From Minisyncoccota bacterium (GTDB taxonomy: Bacteria; Patescibacteriota; Minisyncoccia; UBA6257; GWB1-50-10): DNA of 64,000 bases. The notes beneath the pieces are model-generated. The model was not told where the DNA came from, searched no databases, and worked only from the letters and a program-made list of their open reading frames with translations. Positions 55,985 through 63,348 of this stretch are shown here, piece after piece (positions within the stretch are counted from its first letter, which is position 1; each line of letters starts with the position of its first letter). A program made the translations under genes and the position numbers. Location: NCBI GenBank assembly GCA_020059585.1, contig JAGVBU010000004.1, positions 16,835 through 80,834 of the forward strand, read 5' to 3'.

Positions 55985-56396
55985 GTGCGCAGAGCAACAT
56001 AACTGCTTGTGTTGCGGGGAGGATTCGAAGGTCGGAGCGATGTGCGTGCAGCAGCACGCACCGCGAGACCGCGGCTAGAAAAAGTTTTGCGACGGCAAAA
56101 CTTTATTCGGAGCCGAATCCTCAGGTAGACGAGCCGGTGCCCAGACCGGAACGATTCGACGGAATCGTTCCGAGTCGAGGGCGAATCCTTAGTGCTTGTG
56201 TTGCGGGGAGGATTCGAAGCGCGCAGCCATACGCATCCAACAGGATGCGTGGCCTGTCTGCCGCAGGTAGACGAGCGGCGGCCTGCGAGTCCGACGAGTG
56301 ACGACGAGGAGGAACTTGTAGGCGAATCCTCTCTGTATTTACGTTACGGCAAAACTTTATTCGGAGCCGAATCCGCAGGTAGACGAGCGGCGGCCT
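55985..56396 (+). repeat. tRNA-Tyr-associated structured element cluster (two full units plus fragments)
   Basis: Inverted copy of the tRNA 3' end; units bounded by GAGGATTCG...CGAATCCTC (56019-56122, 56208-56331); several internal direct repeats. Confidence 0.8.
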
Positions 56397-56442
56397 TATT
56401 TCCTCATTTACTCCACCTTATTTTCTGTGGTATATTTTTTGC

Positions 56443-57858
56443 ATGGAAAGAATTCTCACTAAAGACATTGGTCAGTATGAGGGTAAGGAAGTCGAGCTCA
56501 AGGGCTGGGTTGACGTGCGACGCGATCATGGAAAACTCATCTTCATTGATCTGCGTGACCGGACCGGCATCGCGCAGGTAGTATTTCTTCCTAATAACAA
56601 GGAGGTGAAGGAGATTGCCGAAACGCTCCGCTCCGAATGGGTGATACGCGTGAAAGGTGTCGTCGGAAATCGTCCTCAGGGAATGATAAACGAGAAGATT
56701 CCGAGCGGCGCGCATGAAGTTGCGGCGACCGAACTTGAGGTCATTACACAGGCAAAAACGCCTCCATTTGATATTCAGAGCGACGGAAAGGAGATTGGGG
56801 AGGATATTCGCATGAAATACCGCTATCTTGACCTTCGTCGTCCCCGCATGCAGAAAAATATGAGAATGCGCGCGAAGATAAACCAGTATATAAGAGACTT
56901 TCTTTCTGCCCGCGATTTCGCGGAGATAGAGACTCCCTATATCAGTAAATCAACGCCGGAGGGCGCGCGGGATTATCTTGTGCCCTCGAGGGTGTATGAG
57001 GGAAAATTCTACGCGCTTCCGCAGTCTCCTCAGCAGTATAAGCAGCTTCTCATGGTTGCGGGAATCGAGCGGTATTTCCAGATCGTACGCTGTTTCCGCG
57101 ATGAGGATACGCGGGGCGATCGCCAGCCCGAATTTACTCAGCTTGATATTGAGATGAGTTTCCCGACGCAGGAAGAAATTCTCTCGCTCATCGAAGATTT
57201 GTACGTTGGCATTATGAAGGATCTCTATCCGGAAAAACACATCACGCAGGTGCCGTTTCCGCGCATTCCGTATAAGGACGCGATGGAGAAGTATAATTCT
57301 GACAAGCCTGATTTGCGAAAGGATAAAAACGATCCGAACGAACTTGCATTTACGTTCATTGTTGATTTCCCCGCATTCGAGTGGAAGGAAACGGAAAAAC
57401 GATGGGACGCGGTGCACCATCCGTTCACAAAACCAAAAGTGTCGCACGTCGCGGATTTTAACGAAAAATTCGCGAAGAGCCCTGGGGACATTCTTGCCGA
57501 GCAGTATGACCTCGCGTTAAACGGATTTGAGATTGCGGGCGGATCAATTCGTATCCACGATTCGGAGCTTCTCGCGAGAGTGTTCGAGGTGATGGGGAAC
57601 AAGCAGGAAGACATTCAGGCGAAATTCGGGCATATGCTCGAGGCTTTTGAATATGGTGTTCCTCCGCATGGAGGTATCGCGTCAGGACTCGACAGAGCGG
57701 TGGCGATTTTGCAGAACGAGCCGAATATCCGCGAGGTTATCGCCTTTGCGAAGACAGGCGACGGAAGGGATCTTATGATGGATTCTCCTTCGGACGTGAC
57801 GGACGAACAACTTAAGGAATTGCATATTGCGGTTGTCAAAAAACAGAAACAGGGATAA
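56443..57858 (+). CDS. aspS: Aspartate--tRNA ligase (short, no GAD insertion; probably non-discriminating)
   Basis: GWV..RRDHG..FIDLRD, RYLDLRR, STPEGARDYLVP, ALPQSPQ, FRDED.R.DRQPEF, PPHGGIA.GLDR. Confidence 0.96.
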   Translation: MERILTKDIGQYEGKEVELKGWVDVRRDHGKLIFIDLRDRTGIAQVVFLPNNKEVKEIAETLRSEWVIRVKGVVGNRPQGMINEKIPSGAHEVAATELEVITQAKTPPFDIQSDGKEIGEDIRMKYRYLDLRRPRMQKNMRMRAKINQYIRDFLSARDFAEIETPYISKSTPEGARDYLVPSRVYEGKFYALPQSPQQYKQLLMVAGIERYFQIVRCFRDEDTRGDRQPEFTQLDIEMSFPTQEEILSLIEDLYVGIMKDLYPEKHITQVPFPRIPYKDAMEKYNSDKPDLRKDKNDPNELAFTFIVDFPAFEWKETEKRWDAVHHPFTKPKVSHVADFNEKFAKSPGDILAEQYDLALNGFEIAGGSIRIHDSELLARVFEVMGNKQEDIQAKFGHMLEAFEYGVPPHGGIASGLDRAVAILQNEPNIREVIAFAKTGDGRDLMMDSPSDVTDEQLKELHIAVVKKQKQG

Positions 57859-57894
57859 TGTATAAAAAGTAAATACACAAAAAAGGACGCATTT

Positions 57895-58509
57895 ATGGAA
57901 CAACATTCACATACGCTGCATAAAGAACGGTCATTTGTCATTATCAAACCCGATGGAGTTCAACGAGGACTTATCGGAGAAATTATCCATCGCATTGAGC
58001 GGACGGGACTCAAAATGGTTGCGCTTAAAATGGTGAGACCTACGGAAGATCAGTGCTGGACGCATTATCACAAAGACGACTCATGGTTCAAGGAGAAAGG
58101 GGAGAGAACGGTGGGAGACAGGATAAAGGCAAATCTTCCGATTGAAAAGGAAGCAATAGAATATGGAAAAGATATCGTGCGCGCGCTCGTAAAATTTATG
58201 ACTGCGGGACCCGTGATTATCGCGGTGTTTGAGGGAAATAAGGCCGTGGGAATAGTGAAAAAGCTTGTGGGAAGCACTGAGCCTCTCACATCGGATGTTG
58301 GCACCATCAGAGGTGATTTCACGATTGATTCGTATGATATTTCTGTTGCTGATAATCGTGCCGTGAGAAATCTCATTCACTGCTCGGATAAGCCGGAAGA
58401 GGCGGAACGCGAAATAAAGATATGGTTCAAAGATGAGGACATCCTTTCTTACCGTCTTATCAATGAGGCAATGCTTTACGACGTGAATCTCGATTCGATT
58501 TCGGAATAG
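57895..58509 (+). CDS. ndk: Nucleoside-diphosphate kinase (with insertion)
   Basis: ERSFVIIKPDGVQRGLIGEI, GTIRGDF, RNLIHCSD, A.REI..WF. Confidence 0.95.
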   Translation: MEQHSHTLHKERSFVIIKPDGVQRGLIGEIIHRIERTGLKMVALKMVRPTEDQCWTHYHKDDSWFKEKGERTVGDRIKANLPIEKEAIEYGKDIVRALVKFMTAGPVIIAVFEGNKAVGIVKKLVGSTEPLTSDVGTIRGDFTIDSYDISVADNRAVRNLIHCSDKPEEAEREIKIWFKDEDILSYRLINEAMLYDVNLDSISE

Positions 58510-58537
58510 CCATAAAATACGATATTTATTTATCCAC

Positions 58538-58563
58538 AAGAGGGGAGCGCCCCCTCTTTTTTT
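58538..58563 (+). terminator. Terminator after ndk, adjacent to a DnaA-box consensus (58530-58538)
   Basis: AAGAGGGG-AGCGC-CCCCTCTT followed by a T tract. Confidence 0.7.
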
Positions 58564-58579
58564 GTGCTATAATAGAGAT

Positions 58580-58746
58580 ATCCCGCTTTTAAAGATTCCG
58601 GATCAAATGATTTTTCAAAGGGATTCCATAATAGTTCGGCACAATGAGAGAACCACTATTTTTATTGAAAGAGGTTTTCCTGAGTCCGACTGAGGAAACC
58701 CACTTATGGCATTCAGCCGGGAATCATTGAGGCGGGATTTTTGTTT
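58580..58746 (+). ncRNA. Candidate ~160-nt ncRNA, possibly 6S-like
   Basis: TGCTATAAT at 58565-58573; 5' and 3' ends pair over a long interrupted stem; internal hairpins; T tract after; no ORF of 60 aa or more. Confidence 0.55.
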
Positions 58747-58927
58747 ATCTTTTCATATAATTATAAGACTTTTGTCAAGTTTGACCGCGTCAAAAAAACG
58801 CTATTGAATAGGAGGAGGAAAAACCCTGTTTTTCGAGAAATATTCCCTGTTTTCCGCTAAAAATGAGGATTTTTGAGATTCGGGGTTTGACGTATCGTTT
58901 TTTGCGTGCATAATGAACCCACTTCAT

Positions 58928-59899
58928 ATGGACATTTTAAGACCCCCAAAAATCAAAAAAGGAGATATCGTAGGCGTCATTTCGCCCTCTACTCCCGTGG
59001 TTTCAAAACAGGAGCTTTCGCGTGGAATGAAAATACTCGAATCGCTTGGATTCAGGCCGAAACTCGGGCCTAAGGCCCTTGAGGTTCACGCGAGCTATCA
59101 GGCAGGAACGAGGGAGGATCGTCTTTCTGATTTGCACGCTATGTTCGCCGATGATGAGGTAAAAGCAATTTTCTGCACAAGCGGAGGATATTCCGCGATA
59201 CAGCTTCTTCCCGACATCGATTGGGATCTCATCAAGAAAAATCCGAAAGTGTTTGTGGGATATTCCGATATCACGACTCTCTTGAATCCAATGTATGAGA
59301 AGACGGGATTGGTGACGTTTCACGGACCTATGATACTTGGATTAAATTCCGAGACAAAAGGAGGAAAATACACCGTAAGAAATCTAAAAGACATAGTTGT
59401 AAAAGGCGACACGGGAAAACTCCCCTCATATACCGAATGGAAAGTTCTGAAACCGGGGAAGGTAGAGGGTACGCTCATCGGCGGAAACCTCAATGTGCTT
59501 CTTTCGCTTATAGGCACTCCCTATGAGCCGAAGTGGGATGACAAGATTCTTTTCTGGGAGGAAGTGGAAGAGACGATTGAAGGGATAGACAATTATCTTT
59601 GGCGTTTGCGTCTTGCAAAAGTGTTTAAAAAAATTGATGGAATGGTAATCGGAAAAGTAACAAATATATATTCAATCGAGGGAGATGACGACAAGTGGTC
59701 CGGACTTGAGAACCCTCCGGTGCTCGAAGATGTTATCGTGAAGGCAACCGAAGGATTTAACTTTCCCATACTCTACGGCGTCGATTTTGGGCATGACGTG
59801 CCAAGCCTCACGATTCCCGTGGGCGCGAAAGCAAAACTTGATTGTCCCGCGCCTGGGAGAATAGGGTACCTTTCTCTTACGGATAAATATCTCGAGTAA
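58928..59899 (+). CDS. LD-carboxypeptidase / MccF-like serine peptidase (S66), copy 1
   Basis: GD.VGVISPS, GGY, GYSDIT, TFHGP, GGNL, EEV, DFGH. Confidence 0.93.
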   Translation: MDILRPPKIKKGDIVGVISPSTPVVSKQELSRGMKILESLGFRPKLGPKALEVHASYQAGTREDRLSDLHAMFADDEVKAIFCTSGGYSAIQLLPDIDWDLIKKNPKVFVGYSDITTLLNPMYEKTGLVTFHGPMILGLNSETKGGKYTVRNLKDIVVKGDTGKLPSYTEWKVLKPGKVEGTLIGGNLNVLLSLIGTPYEPKWDDKILFWEEVEETIEGIDNYLWRLRLAKVFKKIDGMVIGKVTNIYSIEGDDDKWSGLENPPVLEDVIVKATEGFNFPILYGVDFGHDVPSLTIPVGAKAKLDCPAPGRIGYLSLTDKYLE

Positions 59900-59914
59900 C
59901 GTTCCCAGAAACAT

Positions 59915-59938
59915 CGCCCCGGAAGGGGCGTTTTTTTT
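59915..59938 (+). terminator. Intrinsic terminator
   Basis: CGCCCC-GGAA-GGGGCG followed by T8. Confidence 0.8.
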
Positions 59939-60001
59939 GACAAGTCCTCGAAAAAAAATTATTTTAAAGTCAGTACATATCACTATAAAGCGAGGAAAGA
60001 C

Positions 60002-60973
60002 ATGGAAAGGGTCGTAAGACCGAAAATGCTAAAAGCCGGAGATAGCGTTGGTATTATATCTCCCTCAAGTCTCATTACGCGCACGGACATCAGGCGCGGA
60101 ATAGAAATTCTCAGATCTATGGGGCTCTCGGTTCGTTTAGGGGCAAACGCGTTACGGAAACGTTATGGATATCAAGCGGGATCTCCCGAGGAGAGAGTAT
60201 CAGATTTCAATGAAATGTTTTCCGACCCGAGCATTAAAGGTATTTTCTGTACTACAGGAGGATATTCCGCGATACAGCTTCTTCCCGACATCGATTGGGA
60301 TCTCATCAAGAAGAATCCGAAAGTATTTGTGGGATATTCCGATATCACGACGCTTCTGAACGCGATTTACAGAAAAACCGGACTTGTGACGTTCCATGGA
60401 CCCCTCATTGAAGGATTGGGAAAATATATGAACGGAGGGTGCGTGTATACCGTTGATTCCCTTACTCGAACTCTTATGGAGGGAGGCACGGGACCGCTTC
60501 CGTCATATACGAAATGGAGCGTATTGAAACCCGGAATAGCGGAAGGTACGCTCATCGGCGGAAACCTCAATGTGCTTCTTTCGCTTATAGGCACTCCCTA
60601 TGAGCCGAAGTGGGAGGGGAGCATTCTTTTCCTTGAGGAGGTGGATGACACTGACGAATCGATAGATCATTGCATGTGGTGCCTTCGTATTGCGGGAGTG
60701 TTTGACGCGATACGCGGTATTATTGTCGGAAAATTCACGAAGATGTACTCGATTCGGAGAGATGGCTCAATACCGCCGGTGCGGAACGCGTCTATTGTGC
60801 GGCGCATTATTCTCAGCGCGACCGAAGGATTTAACTTTCCCATACTCTACGGCGTCGATTTTGGACATTATGTGCCAAGCCTCACAATTCCCGTGGGAGC
60901 GAGGGCATCGATCGATTGTCGGGATGTGAATGGAAAAGGTTCATTTTCTATCGTGGAGAAATATCTTCGATAG
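60002..60973 (+). CDS. LD-carboxypeptidase / MccF-like serine peptidase (S66), copy 2
   Basis: Same motifs as copy 1; tandem paralog. Confidence 0.93.
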   Translation: MERVVRPKMLKAGDSVGIISPSSLITRTDIRRGIEILRSMGLSVRLGANALRKRYGYQAGSPEERVSDFNEMFSDPSIKGIFCTTGGYSAIQLLPDIDWDLIKKNPKVFVGYSDITTLLNAIYRKTGLVTFHGPLIEGLGKYMNGGCVYTVDSLTRTLMEGGTGPLPSYTKWSVLKPGIAEGTLIGGNLNVLLSLIGTPYEPKWEGSILFLEEVDDTDESIDHCMWCLRIAGVFDAIRGIIVGKFTKMYSIRRDGSIPPVRNASIVRRIILSATEGFNFPILYGVDFGHYVPSLTIPVGARASIDCRDVNGKGSFSIVEKYLR

Positions 60974-60980
60974 CTATTAC

Positions 60981-61008
60981 ACGCTTCCTTATTGGGAGCG
61001 TTTTTTTT
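60981..61008 (+). terminator. Intrinsic terminator
   Basis: ACGCTTCC...GGGAGCGT followed by a T tract. Confidence 0.75.
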
Positions 61009-61072
61009 GCAGAAAACTGGACATATTGATTTTTAATGTTTTTTATATTATAATATATCTGCTATAATAAGA

Positions 61073-62056
61073 ATGAACATGCGCGGAACCCATTGGATAA
61101 AAGAACTCCTTATTCCGAATGAGGAAAACGGATATAAGCCTAGAATATTCGGTCTCGAATCGACCGTCCTTATTCTTTCGGGAATTCTTTTTCTCGAACT
61201 TATTTTTTTCGTTCAGGCGTTTTTCGTATTTCCCAATTCAAAATTTCTTTCCACGATACTTCCCACGGTAGTTGCCGATATTACAAACCAGTATCGTACT
61301 GAAAATAATCTGAGACCACTTTCCACAAGTGGTATCCTGACGCAGGCGGCAAGACTTAAGGCGGTAGATATGGCTTCTCGGGGATATTTTTCTCATGTGA
61401 GCCCTGGGGATATTCAGCCGTGGTATTGGTTTGATCAGGCTGGATACGATTTTGTATATGCTGGGGAAAATCTTGCGATAAATTTTGCCGATTCCGAAGA
61501 TGTGGTTGCGGCGTGGATGAACTCGGAAAAACACAAAGAGAACATATTAAGCGGTGATTTTTCAGAGGTGGGAATAGGCGTTGCAAAAGGAACGTATCAG
61601 GGGAAGGATGCGGTATTTGTCGTGCAGTTTTTTGGCGCGCCGTCCGGAAGGGATATTGATACTCTCATTGAGCGAAGGGCAAATAGGGTACTTGCGGATA
61701 TCACGCCCGATGTTTCGGGAATTCAACAAAACAGCAACACAGAGACGTTCGTCGCGGTGAAAGATGTGGAAAATGAAAAAGAATTTTCCGGAAGTGTTCG
61801 TGGAGAAAGCACGGATGCCTCATCACGCGGTCCGTCATTGTGGGAGCGAATGCTTTTCACCCCGCGTGGCACCGCTACCTACGTGTTCGTGGTTCTTATC
61901 ACGCTCATATCGCTCGCATTGGCGCTTACCGTATTTATAAAGATACGCATCCAGCATCCTCGCCTTATCGTTCATGGCGCGCTTCTTCTCCTTGTACTTG
62001 GATCATTTCTTGTGCTGAATCAGTATCTCGCGCTTTCTGGAACGAAAGTATTCTGA
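61073..62056 (+). CDS. CAP (SCP/YkwD) domain membrane protein
   Basis: TN..R....L.PL, AA..KA.DM...YFSH, AGENLA, WMNS..H..NIL, GIG; TM helices at both ends. Confidence 0.9.
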   Translation: MNMRGTHWIKELLIPNEENGYKPRIFGLESTVLILSGILFLELIFFVQAFFVFPNSKFLSTILPTVVADITNQYRTENNLRPLSTSGILTQAARLKAVDMASRGYFSHVSPGDIQPWYWFDQAGYDFVYAGENLAINFADSEDVVAAWMNSEKHKENILSGDFSEVGIGVAKGTYQGKDAVFVVQFFGAPSGRDIDTLIERRANRVLADITPDVSGIQQNSNTETFVAVKDVENEKEFSGSVRGESTDASSRGPSLWERMLFTPRGTATYVFVVLITLISLALALTVFIKIRIQHPRLIVHGALLLLVLGSFLVLNQYLALSGTKVF

Positions 62057-62057
62057 T

Positions 62058-62759
62058 CTATTTTCCAAGACGTTTTTCTCTTTTTCCAAATTCAGTGAGC
62101 GCGTCACTGAATTCTTTTTTTCCGAAGTCTGGCCACAGCGTATCCGTAAAATAGAAATGGCTGTCAGTGGTGTGCCACATAAGAAAACCCGCTGACCAGT
62201 GGGGTTCGCCTCCGGTGCGTATGACAAGATCAACCGGAGGAAGGGCGGCTGTCCAGAGCTTCGCCTTCACTGATTCGTATGAATATGAGAATTGTTTTTC
62301 TTCGCGTATCGCGCGTATCGCGTCAAGCATTTCTTTTTTTCCGTCATATCCAAAAAGTATTGTGAAATTATTTTTTTTGAATTTCCGCGTATTTTTTTCC
62401 GCTTCTTCTATAAGCGCGGAGAGTTTTTTGCTTTTCACTATTTCCGCGCCTTTTCCAATAACGCGGAAACGTGTTTCATTTTTTTCAAATGTTTTTCCGT
62501 CTAATATTTTTTCCAATTCCTGTTCAAAGAGAGATACAAGAAAATTTACCTCAATGCGCGTTCTTTTTTTAAGATTATCGATTGATGCCGCCCAGACGGT
62601 GAGATATGGAACGCCTTTCTTTTTTGCCTCATCGGCGATTGCGTTCATGCGTTTCGCGCCTTCGCGATGGCCCTCATAAGAGGGGATGCTGTTCTTTTTA
62701 GCCCATCGGCGATTGCCGTCCATGATTATTGCGACATGGTTTGGTATTTTTTGTGCCAT
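62058..62759 (-). CDS. uppS: Polyprenyl (undecaprenyl) diphosphate synthase
   Basis: PNHVAIIMDGNRRWA, GH..G, DLVIRTGGE, LWPDF, C-terminal RLG. Confidence 0.95.
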   Translation of the reverse strand: MAQKIPNHVAIIMDGNRRWAKKNSIPSYEGHREGAKRMNAIADEAKKKGVPYLTVWAASIDNLKKRTRIEVNFLVSLFEQELEKILDGKTFEKNETRFRVIGKGAEIVKSKKLSALIEEAEKNTRKFKKNNFTILFGYDGKKEMLDAIRAIREEKQFSYSYESVKAKLWTAALPPVDLVIRTGGEPHWSAGFLMWHTTDSHFYFTDTLWPDFGKKEFSDALTEFGKREKRLGK

Positions 62760-62868
62760 AATTTTTAGATTATACATGAGATTTCTGCAATTCAAAACAA
62801 TCTCGTTTCTTTATTTTTTCTCGGATGCGGGGTATAGTTGCGGATAGCATTGTTTGACAGGAGGAACT

Positions 62869-63345
62869 ATGTCCGTAAAAACGCGAATATACGCGTTCAT
62901 CGCATTTTTTTGCTTTATTCTTGTCGTGCTTGTGATGTCCTTCTCTTCCATCGAGGAGAAACGCCCACGCGTATTTGGAGAAGATTGGGATGCCGACACC
63001 GCGGCAATACGAGTGATGGTGCGGGAAAAATGGGACGCATGGAAGATGCACCAGATAAACGCATTATATGCGGATATGCGGGGAAAGAAGATTTCTGAAG
63101 ATACGGTTAAAATTCTTTTCAGAAACATAAGTGATTTAGCGCGCGTCATGGAGGAACGGGAGTTTGTCATGAGGATTATTAATCTTTACAGATTGTATTA
63201 CAGCACTCCCTCCGAAGAGAAAAAATATTATATTTCATTCCGCGATTTTCCGCGGAATTTTTATATAGGGACTACGCATGGGTTCTCTGCCGAGTCCTTT
63301 TTTGTTATACTGCGTATTATATTGCGTTGTATCGCGATGTTTTAA
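62869..63345 (+). CDS. Hypothetical membrane-anchored protein
   Basis: AGGAGG upstream of the ATG; N-terminal TM helix; no family recognised. Confidence 0.55.
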   Translation: MSVKTRIYAFIAFFCFILVVLVMSFSSIEEKRPRVFGEDWDADTAAIRVMVREKWDAWKMHQINALYADMRGKKISEDTVKILFRNISDLARVMEEREFVMRIINLYRLYYSTPSEEKKYYISFRDFPRNFYIGTTHGFSAESFFVILRIILRCIAMF

Positions 63346-63348
63346 AAT

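Noticed and set aside
56019-56331. Additional tRNA genes on the minus strand
   Set aside because: T-arm-like sequences are present, but there is no D-arm, anticodon arm or paired acceptor stem.
56192-56581. 129-aa ORF across the tRNA-Tyr repeats and the aspS start
   Set aside because: Out of frame with aspS and built from repeat DNA.
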